Source: Thermoanaerobaculum aquaticum (lineage in GTDB: Bacteria; Acidobacteriota; UBA4820). From it: a DNA stretch of 64,000 nt. Both the position numbers and the translations under genes were made by a program. Shown piece by piece: positions 1-9,919 of this stretch; position 1 is the first letter of the stretch, and the number at the start of each line of letters is the position of its first letter. The notes under the pieces were generated by a model, which was given only the letters and a program-made list of their open reading frames with translations, was not told the origin of the DNA and did no database searches. Location of the stretch: contig DYJZ01000001.1 in NCBI GenBank assembly GCA_020722885.1, positions 1,144-65,143 on the forward strand. The letters run 5' to 3'.

Positions 1-34
1 GAATAACAATTAGAACTATTTTTCCTTTCATCTT
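1..34 (-). CDS. 5' end of an unidentified gene running off the left edge (MKGKIVLIVI...)
   Basis: ATG at 32-34 on the minus strand, preceded at about 8 nt by a GGAGGAG Shine-Dalgarno sequence. Only about 11 codons are visible. Confidence 0.3.
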
Positions 35-82
35 ACTACTCCTCCAATAAGACCATACAACTTTTTTTAATCTTTGTCAAGT

Positions 83-2245
83 CTATTGCATTTCCTTTCC
101 TTTAGGTTTCCTGTTCTTAAGTTTAGCCTTCATATTTTGAAACCGCGAGAGGTCAATTCCAAACAACCAGTTTATCTTCTTTGGAGTTGCACCGGTAGTG
201 TAATAGTAGCTGTTACTGTAATAGTAGTCATAATAATAAGAGGATGATGTATCAACATAATTCATCACAACACCGGCTATCTGCGCTTTAAGTCTTTCAA
301 GAGTAATAATTGTGCGCTGGAGCAAAGGCTTGTGCGTAGATTTATGTTTTGCAACCAGCAAAACGATGTCACTGTATGTTGCAAGAATCTGAGCATCTGT
401 AAGGGAAAGAGCCGGGGGAGAATCAATCACAACCCAGTCAAAATCCTGCTTGACCTTCCCGATGAGTTCTCTAAACCTTTTCATTGAAAAAAGTTCAGGA
501 GGATTTGGGGGAATTGGACCAGAATACATAATCCACAAATTGACCCCTACAGGCGTTATAAAGTCTTCTACCTTCACCTCTTTGTCAGCCAGATAGTGAG
601 TAAGCCCTTTAACTGCTGCCTCTGGCTTAAATTTTCTGTGCATTGTAGGTCTTCTTAAATCGCAGTCCATAACCAGAACCCTGTCTCCGCCCGCAGCAAG
701 AACGCTACCCAAATTTATTACAACAGTACTTTTTCCTTCTTTAGGCACAGCAGAGGTAACCAAAATGACATTCTGCTGCTTGTTCTGGCTTGCATAAATA
801 AGAGCCGTTCTTAGAGTCTGATAAGCTTCAACAGAAGCTCTTTGCGACTCTTGACCAATTGCGGGAACCATGGAAAGCAAATTTAATCCAAGCCCCCACT
901 CAACATCCTCCATAGATTTGATTCTTGTGTCGAAAAGCTGCACCATTGCTATAACACTAATTGAAAGAAAAATGCCCAGAAAAAAACCAAAAATAATATT
1001 GAATCTCCTGTTTGGAAAAATTGGTGCAGAAGGAGAAACTGCAGGATTCAATATTCTAATATTGTTCGAAAGAAGCCCGGCAGAAATATTAAGTTCCTGC
1101 ATTTTACTGTAAAGAAGGTCCATATAATTTTTCAATGATTCAAGATTTTTTTCCAGAGAAGTAGACCTTGAGGAACTCTCCACAAAAGAGACTCCTTCAT
1201 TTTTGGCTCTTTTTATATCTTCTGCCAGTCCACCTTCTTCCTGCATATAGGCGCTCAACTGATTCTTGTAGGAATTTAGAATTATTTCCGCTTGAGCCCT
1301 TATCTTCTGGTGTAAATTCTCAATTTCAGACTGCTTTTTTAAAACATCTGGATGTTTTGGTTTGAGTTTTGTAAGAAGTTGATTCAATTCCCTTTCCGAA
1401 ATTACGAGTTGATTATTTAATGATTGAATGGCACTATTTTGAGCAACTTCAGCAACTGTCAAAGGGTCGCCTCCTTTAGCAAGAACACCTTGAAGTTGAG
1501 AAATTACTGCCCGAGCCTCATTTTGTCGCACCCTTACATCATTTATTCTGCTTTCCATCGCTCTGATCTTGTCGTCAATAATCTGTTTCTGATTTTCAGG
1601 AAAATAAGATTGCGAGGCAGCAATCTGCGTGCTGTAGGTTTGCTGTAATTTGGCATACTGACTCTGCATTTCATTGATTTTTTCAAGAATAATTGAATTT
1701 GCCTTGCTAACATACTCCATTGCCGTTCTTAAATTTTGGTCTTTATAAACCTCTGAAATTGTATTTGCCCACAAAGCAACATCTTCTTTAAAGGGAGCCC
1801 TTACTGAAATGTTAAAAAGAGCGCTTTCCTTAATTTGATCAACTCTAACATAACCAACAAGAACTCCAGCAGGGTCCTTTGCTCCTTTAAATGCTTTATG
1901 ATTTTGAAGATTTAACCTTTCCACAACTTCTTCCATCACTGCTCTGCTTTTTATCACCGCCTCCTGAGAATTATAAAACTTCAATTCTTCAGTCCACGAA
2001 CCTGCCCCAACCATATTTTGATTTCCAATTGGGGCTCTTGAATAAGTCTGGACATAAACTGTTGAAGTGGCTTGATAGGTTGGGGTTACAAGAAAAGAAT
2101 ATATCAGTGCCAAAAAAGTGGTCAAAGCAGTAGCGCCGATTATAAAGAAGCGGTGCTCCAATAACAAAAAGAACCACTTGGCAAGGTCAAATTCACTTGT
2201 TACTGTTTCTGTTTGAACTTTAGGAACAGATTCTCCTATAGGCAT
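83..2245 (-). CDS. wzc: Wzc-like polysaccharide co-polymerase / bacterial tyrosine autokinase (Wzz-type periplasmic domain, coiled coil, cytoplasmic CpsD-like P-loop ATPase, Tyr-rich C-terminal cluster)
   Basis: Two TM segments flank a long coiled-coil region. Walker A GKSTVV is present in the C-terminal ATPase domain. The tyrosine cluster SSSYYYDYYYSNSYYY is the BY-kinase hallmark. An unusual 38-aa basic tail follows the Tyr cluster. Confidence 0.8.
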   Translation of the reverse strand: MPIGESVPKVQTETVTSEFDLAKWFFLLLEHRFFIIGATALTTFLALIYSFLVTPTYQATSTVYVQTYSRAPIGNQNMVGAGSWTEELKFYNSQEAVIKSRAVMEEVVERLNLQNHKAFKGAKDPAGVLVGYVRVDQIKESALFNISVRAPFKEDVALWANTISEVYKDQNLRTAMEYVSKANSIILEKINEMQSQYAKLQQTYSTQIAASQSYFPENQKQIIDDKIRAMESRINDVRVRQNEARAVISQLQGVLAKGGDPLTVAEVAQNSAIQSLNNQLVISERELNQLLTKLKPKHPDVLKKQSEIENLHQKIRAQAEIILNSYKNQLSAYMQEEGGLAEDIKRAKNEGVSFVESSSRSTSLEKNLESLKNYMDLLYSKMQELNISAGLLSNNIRILNPAVSPSAPIFPNRRFNIIFGFFLGIFLSISVIAMVQLFDTRIKSMEDVEWGLGLNLLSMVPAIGQESQRASVEAYQTLRTALIYASQNKQQNVILVTSAVPKEGKSTVVINLGSVLAAGGDRVLVMDCDLRRPTMHRKFKPEAAVKGLTHYLADKEVKVEDFITPVGVNLWIMYSGPIPPNPPELFSMKRFRELIGKVKQDFDWVVIDSPPALSLTDAQILATYSDIVLLVAKHKSTHKPLLQRTIITLERLKAQIAGVVMNYVDTSSSYYYDYYYSNSYYYTTGATPKKINWLFGIDLSRFQNMKAKLKNRKPKGKEMQ

Positions 2246-2247
2246 AT

Positions 2248-3381
2248 TTAGAATAACTTCCTTTCATAAACGACAATATGGTCATTCGGGAATAGAGGAA
2301 CATCTTTCTCCTTACCCTTTTCTATCTTTGAGGCGTCTACTTTAATACTTTTCGTTTCACCGTTTTCAGAAGTTCTTAAAATAATAACTTTGTCTTTGTT
2401 CGCCCACTCGGTAAACCCTCCCGCTTTTGCAATGGCTCTAAGCAATGTCAAATCTTTAGTATATTGAATTGATTGCTCGTTTTTAACCTGACCTGATACA
2501 TACACAGAGGCAACCGGTAGAACATTTATTACATCCTGGTCGAAAACATAGATATTTTCATTCCCTTCGCCAGCACTAAGAAGAGCGTCTTTGGATATAA
2601 GAATTTTTTGAAGTGAACCGGTGGAATCTCTTCTTTGAACTTCAATGTCACCCGATTTTGCACTAAAACCCCCTGCTTCAGATATTGCATCAAGAAGTCT
2701 CAGCGCTTTCTTTAACGATATTCTTCTCGGGGAATCTACTTCACCAAGGACATTTACAAATCTGCTCCCATATTCTATTAGTTGAAGATTGATCTGGGGA
2801 TCCTGAATATACTCTGAATATTTTTCTTCAAGAGTTCTCTGCAACTCATTCAAAGTCATATTCTGGACTAAAATCCTCTCAACGAGAGGAAGAGTAACAT
2901 ATCCCTGCGGGTCAACAATCACTTCCTTTTTTATGTCTTCAACTCCATAAACCTCAACACTGAGCTTGTCTCCAGGACCAATGGGATAAACGGGGGGATC
3001 TTTGCCAAAGAAAATTGAATTTTCAACTGCCGTTTCTTTCCAGTTCAATTTTAGAGAATTTTGAGACACGAAAAATCCAGGTTCTTTTTCAATAGGAATG
3101 ACTATGGAAATAATATTTTGTCCTTCGTCTCTAATAAGGTTGTAAAGTCCTTGAGTTATTTCAGGTTTTTCCCCTCGATAAGTAATCTTAATTTCTAAAT
3201 TTGAAGAATTACCTGAAACGGAAAAACTTTCGAAATCTTGAAAAATCAAACTTCCAGCTTTTCCATCTATGCTAAAAGGATATTCCCATAGCTGGAAAAA
3301 CACAAAAATGAACACATAAAACAAACGGGCGGAAATACACCCGCCCGTTAAGTTAAAATTTCCAAACAAAACCCTTACCAT
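2248..3381 (-). CDS. wza: Wza-like polysaccharide export outer-membrane protein (Poly_export + SLBB domains)
   Basis: N-terminal signal/lipobox-like segment. Poly_export signature region PVYPIGPGDKLSVEVYG...QGYVTLPLV. Repeated soluble-ligand-binding beta-grasp-like segments. Lies immediately upstream of wzc with a 3-nt gap. Confidence 0.8.
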   Translation of the reverse strand: MVRVLFGNFNLTGGCISARLFYVFIFVFFQLWEYPFSIDGKAGSLIFQDFESFSVSGNSSNLEIKITYRGEKPEITQGLYNLIRDEGQNIISIVIPIEKEPGFFVSQNSLKLNWKETAVENSIFFGKDPPVYPIGPGDKLSVEVYGVEDIKKEVIVDPQGYVTLPLVERILVQNMTLNELQRTLEEKYSEYIQDPQINLQLIEYGSRFVNVLGEVDSPRRISLKKALRLLDAISEAGGFSAKSGDIEVQRRDSTGSLQKILISKDALLSAGEGNENIYVFDQDVINVLPVASVYVSGQVKNEQSIQYTKDLTLLRAIAKAGGFTEWANKDKVIILRTSENGETKSIKVDASKIEKGKEKDVPLFPNDHIVVYERKLF

Positions 3382-4694
3382 CCCATCTGAATCTGGAAAA
3401 CGAACCTGTTTTCTGAATAAGTGAATGGTTTTCTTAAAATATTATAAACATCAATATATCTGAGATTGCAGTCTCTGTCTTCGTAAAAGTAGTTAACCCT
3501 CAAACTTATTCGAGGCGTAAAATGATACCCCAATTCAGCAAGAAATTCTATGATCTCGTCCTCTCTATGCTGACCTCTTAAATACCAGAACATCGCCACA
3601 TCTGTCAATCCATCTCCATCAATATCGTAGTCAATTGCCTCAGGATAACTGTTCTTCTGATATCTTCCTCCAATTGTACCAAAAAGGCGCCTGCTAAACT
3701 GGTGATGAAACCTCAGGTCTGCTCCAGTTGCAGTATAGTAGTTGTTAACATTAAACGAAGATTGGTCTGCATGCCTGAAAAAAACTCCACTCAATTCAGA
3801 GAACTGAGCAACTTTTAAGGTCAAGCCTGCATCTGCCGCCAAACCCTTGTAGTCATCAAAAGATAGTCCCAAATATTTACCAAAATCCATCTCTTTATAC
3901 CCGATTTTTGCAAAACCAGAGAGTTTCCTCTGAGCATTGCCCTCCCATCCAATAGAAATTCTGTTTTCTCTGTAAGACTTTTCTGTAGTATAAGACCCCA
4001 CTACAGTGTAGTAATAATTGTCTTCAATGGGATCAGACTCGACAGTTTCCCATTCAAAAAGAAGCGAGGCAAGTGGTTGATAGTGATATCTCCAGGCAAC
4101 ACCTCCACCTTTCTGGTTATAACTAAAGAAAGGCAGAACACCAGAATCGTAATCACCCTTAAAATTAATAAAGTTGTGCCTCAAGAAAAAGCTAAGGGTA
4201 TTGAGTGAAGTCACTTTTATCAAGTAATCGATCTTTGCATCATTCCTTGTAAATTTCGCTGTTCCCCAGTAAACCTCCATATCTGGGTCAAATTGCTCTG
4301 TCTGCTGAACACCCTGAATGTAATGGTCCTTGATGGTTAGAACACTATTGTTTGAAAATCTAAACTGGGAATTAAATGTTCCTCCCCAGGTGTCGTTGTG
4401 CTTTAAATCATAATCATCGTAATCTTTGTATTCATAGTTAAGAGAAAAATTTACATAACTGTTTTCAAATGGAAATTCGATCCCTATTTGAGGCCTTATA
4501 ACCCAGAAGTTATCATTTAATTTCTCTCCCATCGAAGAATCTACCCTCATAATGTTATCTGAATGAGCATAAATGAATTCAATCGAAGGTTTGAAATATG
4601 AGTTTCCCCAAGGAATCCCCTCTTGATACTGCTGAGCTACCGTCCCCATAGTTAAAAAACCAAGGAAACAAAAAATCAGAAAAAATTTCTTCAT
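3375..4694 (-). CDS. Putative outer-membrane beta-barrel protein (aromatic-rich, signal peptide), possibly the export-associated OMP of this polysaccharide system
   Basis: Signal peptide MKKFFLIFCFLGFLTMGTVAQQ. Alternating Y/F/W-rich amphipathic beta-strand pattern. C-terminal aromatic residue (W). Overlaps wza start by 7 nt. Confidence 0.5.
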   Translation of the reverse strand: MKKFFLIFCFLGFLTMGTVAQQYQEGIPWGNSYFKPSIEFIYAHSDNIMRVDSSMGEKLNDNFWVIRPQIGIEFPFENSYVNFSLNYEYKDYDDYDLKHNDTWGGTFNSQFRFSNNSVLTIKDHYIQGVQQTEQFDPDMEVYWGTAKFTRNDAKIDYLIKVTSLNTLSFFLRHNFINFKGDYDSGVLPFFSYNQKGGGVAWRYHYQPLASLLFEWETVESDPIEDNYYYTVVGSYTTEKSYRENRISIGWEGNAQRKLSGFAKIGYKEMDFGKYLGLSFDDYKGLAADAGLTLKVAQFSELSGVFFRHADQSSFNVNNYYTATGADLRFHHQFSRRLFGTIGGRYQKNSYPEAIDYDIDGDGLTDVAMFWYLRGQHREDEIIEFLAELGYHFTPRISLRVNYFYEDRDCNLRYIDVYNILRKPFTYSENRFVFQIQMGW

Positions 4695-4878
4695 CGTTCT
4701 CTCCTTATCGACACATAAAAACAGCCACCATAAAATCTCCCCAGCAAAAGCTCCATACCATTTTTAGTCTATCAAATTTAAAATCCTTTGTCAAGTATAT
4801 GTAGAAGTCTGTGTCATAACTATATGATAATGTCCTTTTTTTGAGAAGTCTCATAGACTTAATCGCAAATAGTATTTT
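4695..4878 (-). promoter_or_regulatory. AT-rich intergenic region, probable promoter/leader for the OMP-wza-wzc export operon
   Basis: At 184 bp this is the largest non-coding gap in the first 9 kb. It is AT-rich and contains a short inverted repeat AAGTCTCATAGACTT (4846-4863). Confidence 0.25.
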
Positions 4879-6936
4879 TTATATTACAGTTTCTGACTTA
4901 TTTCTTGCGTACAAGACAAGAAATAAGCAAAGAGCAGTTAAGCCTGTAAGGGCGATTACTTCTCCTCCATTTCCTTCCCATATTTTTTCAGAGAGAAAAT
5001 GAATTGCGTTTTTAGGAGCAAGAGAGCCACCTGTCTTAACAATTATCGCGTTGATGATGGCATCCACAACCCCCATTATCGCCCCACCTGCCATAAATCC
5101 TGATGCTATCAATATCGCAACATCATTTCTTTTTTTTGGCACCTCTTCATTTTCATTCTTTCCCTTTCTCTGAACTATGTAGCTCAATACCCCTCCGAGC
5201 AAAACAGGTGTATTCAGTTCGATTGGAAGATACATTCCAAGTGCAAAGGCAAGTGCAGGCACATTTATCATTCTAAGTATTATAGAAAGGATAACACCAA
5301 GAGCAAAGAGAAACCATCTAAGTCCTCCACCGCCAACGCCAAATATCCCTACCAGAATTTCTTTCATTGCAGAAGCCTGCGGGGCAGGGATTGCATTTGT
5401 TCCAAAGCCCTGCGACGGATCTGTTTGAGACATCACCCACATAGAAATTCCGCAGAATGTGGCTGCCACAAGAGTTCCAAGAAATTTGAGCGCCAGTTGC
5501 TTTGCAGGAGTTGCTCCAAGCCAGTGACCTATTTTCAGGTCTGTGGATAAGGCGCCGCTTGCCGCAAGTGCCGTGCAAACGACACCTCCAACCATCATTG
5601 TGACAAACATCCCCTGTCCACCTGAAAGTCCCAATTTCAGCATCACAAATCCCGTAATTATAAGCGTTAGCATTGTCATCCCCGAGACCGGGTTCGTTCC
5701 TATAATGGCAATCGCCCTTGCAGCAACAGGAGCAAAAAGAAAGGCTATGGAAGTTACAAGAGCAACACCTGCAACAGATGGAAGAAGTGGGTTTCCAATT
5801 TTTAGACCGAATGCAAAAAACATTAGTGCTACAACAACAAAAGCTGCAAGCCCTGACAGAACTGTAACCCCTGAGAGACTTCTTTCCGTTCTCGGAATAT
5901 ATTCCCTTAGCCCCTTATTCTTGCTTTTCATACCCTTCAAATTTGCCGAAATTGACCTCAACATAGAAGGAAAGGATGTCACAACACCCATTATTCCAGC
6001 ACCTGCAATGCCCCCCACGCCTATTATTCTTACATAGTTTTTAAAAACCTGGTCAGGGCTCATCGCTGAAATCAAAATTTCTCCTGGTGGCAAAACAGTT
6101 GTTAGAGAAGCCCCTATTTTGTAAACAAGAGGAACAAGAACAAAAAAAGAAAGGAAGGACCCTGCCGCAATTACCATCGCATATTTAAGCCCTATAATAT
6201 ATCCTATCCCTACAATTGCAGCATTATTTAACATCCTGAATGTCATAAAATTATTTTGTAAAACCTTTCCTATGCCCACTGATTTTAGTGTTATTGTTTC
6301 AGCCATTCCGTGAAATGTTGTCACTATTCCATCATATAGAGCACCAATTGCGGCAGAAAGAGCAAGTATTCCTGCCTGCTTTCCCGCTCTTTCACCGCTT
6401 AAAAGTATCTGTGTTGTCGCTGTCGCTTCAGGCCATGGAAACTGTCCGTGCATTTCTACCATAAAGTGATACCTTAATGGAATAAGAAAAAGAATCCCGA
6501 GACATCCTCCCAGAAATGAAACAAGAATCACCTGCCAGATAGATGGCTGAGAAACACCAGAACCTGGCTGGGCAGCAAGCATATAAAGGGCTGGTATTGT
6601 AAAAACTGCTCCCGAAACCACATGGGAAGAGTTGGCACCTATCGACTGAATAATTACATTTTCAAGAAGAGAACTTTTCCTCTTAAAAAAAATACCCATT
6701 CCAACTGCAAGTATTGATATTGGTATAGCCGCTTCAATTCCCTGACCAACTTTCAGCGCAAGATAGGCAGCAGCCATAGCAAAAACAGCACAAAATATTA
6801 GCCCAAGCCCGACAGAGCGAACGGTAACTTCTGGAACACCTGTTTCGTCAGGAACAACGGGAACATATTTTTCCCCTTCCTTTAAAACCCTTCTTGCATT
6901 TTCAGGTAAACCTTTAATACTCTCCTCCGTTTTCAT
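4879..6936 (-). CDS. OPT-family (oligopeptide transporter family) integral membrane transporter
   Basis: 685 aa with about 16 predicted TM helices. The N-terminal region (...VRSVGLGLIFCAVFAMAAAYLALKVGQGIEAAIPISILA...) matches the conserved bacterial OPT-family opening. Confidence 0.7.
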   Translation of the reverse strand: MKTEESIKGLPENARRVLKEGEKYVPVVPDETGVPEVTVRSVGLGLIFCAVFAMAAAYLALKVGQGIEAAIPISILAVGMGIFFKRKSSLLENVIIQSIGANSSHVVSGAVFTIPALYMLAAQPGSGVSQPSIWQVILVSFLGGCLGILFLIPLRYHFMVEMHGQFPWPEATATTQILLSGERAGKQAGILALSAAIGALYDGIVTTFHGMAETITLKSVGIGKVLQNNFMTFRMLNNAAIVGIGYIIGLKYAMVIAAGSFLSFFVLVPLVYKIGASLTTVLPPGEILISAMSPDQVFKNYVRIIGVGGIAGAGIMGVVTSFPSMLRSISANLKGMKSKNKGLREYIPRTERSLSGVTVLSGLAAFVVVALMFFAFGLKIGNPLLPSVAGVALVTSIAFLFAPVAARAIAIIGTNPVSGMTMLTLIITGFVMLKLGLSGGQGMFVTMMVGGVVCTALAASGALSTDLKIGHWLGATPAKQLALKFLGTLVAATFCGISMWVMSQTDPSQGFGTNAIPAPQASAMKEILVGIFGVGGGGLRWFLFALGVILSIILRMINVPALAFALGMYLPIELNTPVLLGGVLSYIVQRKGKNENEEVPKKRNDVAILIASGFMAGGAIMGVVDAIINAIIVKTGGSLAPKNAIHFLSEKIWEGNGGEVIALTGLTALCLFLVLYARNKSETVI

Positions 6937-6939
6937 CCT

Positions 6940-7659
6940 TCACTCCTTTTTCATTACCGCTATAAAGCCATCAGACCCGACTCCTCCATGCCAGGGCATA
7001 ACCTTCTCAAAAACTATTCTAAATTTTTCAGAGTCTATTAAATCTCTTATACTTTTCAGGGTAAATGTATGTGGATGCTTAAGATCTCTTTTAGTATCCC
7101 TATCTCTTATTTCTACAACGAGGACAAAAAAACCATCGCAATTCAAAACTCTTTTTATTTCAGCCAAAGCCATTTTGGGATTTGATGTATGATCAAGAGC
7201 GTTTGAGCACAAAACAATATCAAAAAATCTGTCCTGAAAGGGGATTTCCTCGGCATGCCCGTGCTTAATTGTCAAATCAGCAGGATATTTATAAATTTTT
7301 TTATACTCGTTTCCAAGAGGATCTAAACCATACTTTTTTCCTTCCAGAATATGTAAAACCGTTGCTATTCCGCATCCAACATCCAAAACATTCTTTTCCT
7401 TATTAAAGTGGCATATTTTTAGGATTTCATCAAGGCATCTATATTTTTTCCACACAACAGTCAAAGCTTCCTTCAATTCTTCACTTTTTCCATTGTAAGC
7501 TTTAGCCCATCGCATTTGAAAGGAAAGTTCCGATGAGTGTTTATCGAGCATACTATAATATAAATTATTTAGGCCAAGACTATTCTTTAAAATGATTTTT
7601 ATTCGCTTCGGTAGTTTATCGAAAGCTTTCGCCAATAAAACAACAAATAGATATCTCAT
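6940..7659 (-). CDS. Class I SAM-dependent methyltransferase
   Basis: Motif I VLDVGCGIATV and post-I/II motifs (DIVLCSNALDH). Confidence 0.7.
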   Translation of the reverse strand: MRYLFVVLLAKAFDKLPKRIKIILKNSLGLNNLYYSMLDKHSSELSFQMRWAKAYNGKSEELKEALTVVWKKYRCLDEILKICHFNKEKNVLDVGCGIATVLHILEGKKYGLDPLGNEYKKIYKYPADLTIKHGHAEEIPFQDRFFDIVLCSNALDHTSNPKMALAEIKRVLNCDGFFVLVVEIRDRDTKRDLKHPHTFTLKSIRDLIDSEKFRIVFEKVMPWHGGVGSDGFIAVMKKE

Positions 7660-7704
7660 TCCATTTTACAAAAAATTCAACTTTAATATTTGGTCCACCA
7701 ATTA

Positions 7705-8034
7705 TTAGCGAACCTTTTTTAGACATCCTTTCGTAAATTTTCTACGCTTCAAGAAGGTATATCCCCCTTTCACATCTAAAAGTGATCTCTTTCCAGAACA
7801 CATGGCAAAACCGCCAAGGTAAATGAATCGTGGGAAAAACTTGCTGCCAAATATTTCCCTTGCTGTAATTTGAGGATTAAACTGGTTAAAATTTACTCCC
7901 CGATACGCCTCAAGAATAAGAGGATATCTGTGGACCATCATTTTTATTGCCTCTGACATATCCTTACTGTTACTTAATATAGAATCATAAAAATTAATTA
8001 TTTTTGTTTTCTGTAAAAAACTCAATTTCGGCAA
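7705..8034 (-). CDS. Hypothetical protein; possibly the C-terminal fragment of a disrupted gene
   Basis: ORF only. One of three short ORFs in three different frames that tile 7705-8628. Confidence 0.3.
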   Translation of the reverse strand: MPKLSFLQKTKIINFYDSILSNSKDMSEAIKMMVHRYPLILEAYRGVNFNQFNPQITAREIFGSKFFPRFIYLGGFAMCSGKRSLLDVKGGYTFLKRRKFTKGCLKKVR

Positions 8035-8066
8035 ATCAATCTTTACATCCGTTCCTATTGCATCTG

Positions 8067-8381
8067 CTACTTTTCCACACTGGATATTATTATTAAAAGT
8101 GAGCCAGCCTCTATAATTATAGCTTCTTTTATTTTATTCTTAACAAATGGATAAGAATAGTAAGCTGCTAATGTTACAAGATATATATTCTTATTAAAAT
8201 ATGGAACTACAGGAACATAAATCTCATAAACATCAATCCCATCAATCACATACCTATGGGGAATTATTCTTTGATGAGTTAATGCCCTTATGCTTATAAC
8301 CGTTGTCCTGAGAACATCCTGAAGGTTTAAAAGTGCTCTATGACAGTGAAACCCCCTTACAGGTGGATAACCACTGTTCAC
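8067..8381 (-). CDS. Hypothetical protein; possibly the middle fragment of a disrupted gene
   Basis: ORF only. Frame differs from both neighbouring short ORFs. Confidence 0.3.
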   Translation of the reverse strand: MNSGYPPVRGFHCHRALLNLQDVLRTTVISIRALTHQRIIPHRYVIDGIDVYEIYVPVVPYFNKNIYLVTLAAYYSYPFVKNKIKEAIIIEAGSLLIIISSVEK

Positions 8382-8400
8382 AAAAATATGTGGTATTCTT

Positions 8401-8628
8401 TTATGAATATTTCTTATAAACTTCTATAATTTTTTCCACTTTTTTCAAAAGAATAAGGTTTCCCATTACCTTTTCAAATTCGTTCTTGCTTATCAATTCT
8501 CTTTTTTCATCATTTTTAAAAAGTTCCTCAAGCAAAAACAAAAATTCAACTACACTTTGAAGTTCAAGATAGCCTCTATTGGTTTCAAAAATTTGCAGGA
8601 AGCTTTCCTCTTTTCTGCTAACTGACAT
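8401..8628 (-). CDS. Hypothetical small protein; possibly the N-terminal fragment of a disrupted gene
   Basis: ORF only. Confidence 0.3.
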   Translation of the reverse strand: MSVSRKEESFLQIFETNRGYLELQSVVEFLFLLEELFKNDEKRELISKNEFEKVMGNLILLKKVEKIIEVYKKYS

Positions 8629-8710
8629 TCCCTTGATTTCTTATATTTTTTTGTCAGAATTTAATTAGGGAAAATGTGCTCGTGCATACGAAAACGCTTA
8701 AAAATTTTTT

Positions 8711-9784
8711 TCATTTTTTTTGCGCTTCGAGTTCAGCCATTTTTGATAGTAGCTTTAAAGCCCTAACTTTCAACGAGTGGTTTCTTCTTGCCTTTTCATA
8801 ACCCGACATGGCAATATCAACTCTTTTTTTTTCATCATTGAGCAAAATTTCGAGTTTCCCGATCAATTCATCTTCTCCGTCAAACTCCTCATAATCCTCC
8901 CCTGGCATTAGAAATTCACGAAAATGCTCTTTCTTTTCAGCCAGCTGGCAGGATCCCGAACCCGGTATTGAAAAAAAAGATGGGTTAATTGCGTCAACGC
9001 TGTCATCCCTGTGAACGTTCACGCAAACTCTCGCCCTCGACTGTAGATTGGCAAGTTCCATAGGGGGTACTCTCTTGGCCAGCCAATCAAAATTGCCGAT
9101 GGAGACAGAAAAATCTTTAAGGGACGACCCTGTCGACCCTACAAACACACACCTGAATTTTCTCGACAAACCCGATCTGCCTAAAAATTCGAGAACATGC
9201 CTTCTCTTGCGGTAAGTGGAGTTTATCGATCCTGAAAGCAAGATGTCTATATCCTTGGTGTTACCTGAAGGTTTATAGATTTCGTCGTCGTATCCAAGGG
9301 GAAGCCACTCTGAATGACCGGGGAATACTGCACAATCACTTTTCCAGACACAATAGACGAAATCAGCCATTTTTGAAACTTCTTCCTGGAGCGGCGTTGA
9401 AGAAAGAGGGTCATAGAGCCAGGCAATTAGGGGGACTGTTCTTTCGGACAGCAATTTTTTGCTCGCTTTATCGAGAAAATTTCCTCTCATTACCAAAATT
9501 GAAGAGTATCTCCGTTCCTTTATCGCTTCGGCATATATTTTCAAGTACTTGTTGAAAAGCTTCCTTATATCCTCCTGATAACCCGGATCAAAAAACTTAT
9601 GATATGCTCTGCTCCATAGTGTATGAGGCTTAAATACCTCCCGGTTATAGACACAAAGGTCACAAGAACTACCAGCATTCAGAAATCCCTTTCTGAGACC
9701 TTCCGGGATACCGCCTGCCTCATGAGCGAGCACAAGCAACCGTTGACGTTTTTTTTCAGAGTCACAAACTTTTGAACTATCCAC
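8711..9784 (-). CDS. Putative glycosyltransferase (CgeB/DUF3880-like GT-B fold)
   Basis: 357 aa. The C-terminal half resembles the GT1-like CgeB family (E-x7-E-like acidic pair near the C-terminus). Weak assignment from sequence pattern only. Confidence 0.4.
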   Translation of the reverse strand: MDSSKVCDSEKKRQRLLVLAHEAGGIPEGLRKGFLNAGSSCDLCVYNREVFKPHTLWSRAYHKFFDPGYQEDIRKLFNKYLKIYAEAIKERRYSSILVMRGNFLDKASKKLLSERTVPLIAWLYDPLSSTPLQEEVSKMADFVYCVWKSDCAVFPGHSEWLPLGYDDEIYKPSGNTKDIDILLSGSINSTYRKRRHVLEFLGRSGLSRKFRCVFVGSTGSSLKDFSVSIGNFDWLAKRVPPMELANLQSRARVCVNVHRDDSVDAINPSFFSIPGSGSCQLAEKKEHFREFLMPGEDYEEFDGEDELIGKLEILLNDEKKRVDIAMSGYEKARRNHSLKVRALKLLSKMAELEAQKK

Positions 9785-9919
9785 CTGTCATCTCAAAAAA
9801 TCTATTGATGTCTGGCAACGAAAGCTGAACCACCTGCTTGATAATCTTTTTCCTGTCTCATTCCCAGAATTTATGCCATCAAATTATGTTAACAACTCTC
9901 CATAAGGGAATCCCTGCCT

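Noticed and set aside
4846-4863. Inverted repeat AAGTCTCATAGACTT downstream of the OPT gene as an intrinsic terminator.
   Set aside because: On the minus-strand transcript the stem is followed by an A-run, not a U-run. The stem is short and AT-rich, so this is not a convincing terminator.
5543-6037. Plus-strand 164-aa ORF inside the OPT transporter gene. The same applies to all other plus-strand ORFs in the track (e.g. 870-1112, 10434-10868, 11883-12203, 40300-40695, 41087-41503, 42485-42862).
   Set aside because: All lie antisense within well-supported minus-strand genes. They have low-complexity or Ser/Pro/Ile-rich compositions, no motifs and no ribosome-binding sites. They are shadow ORFs typical of AT-rich DNA.
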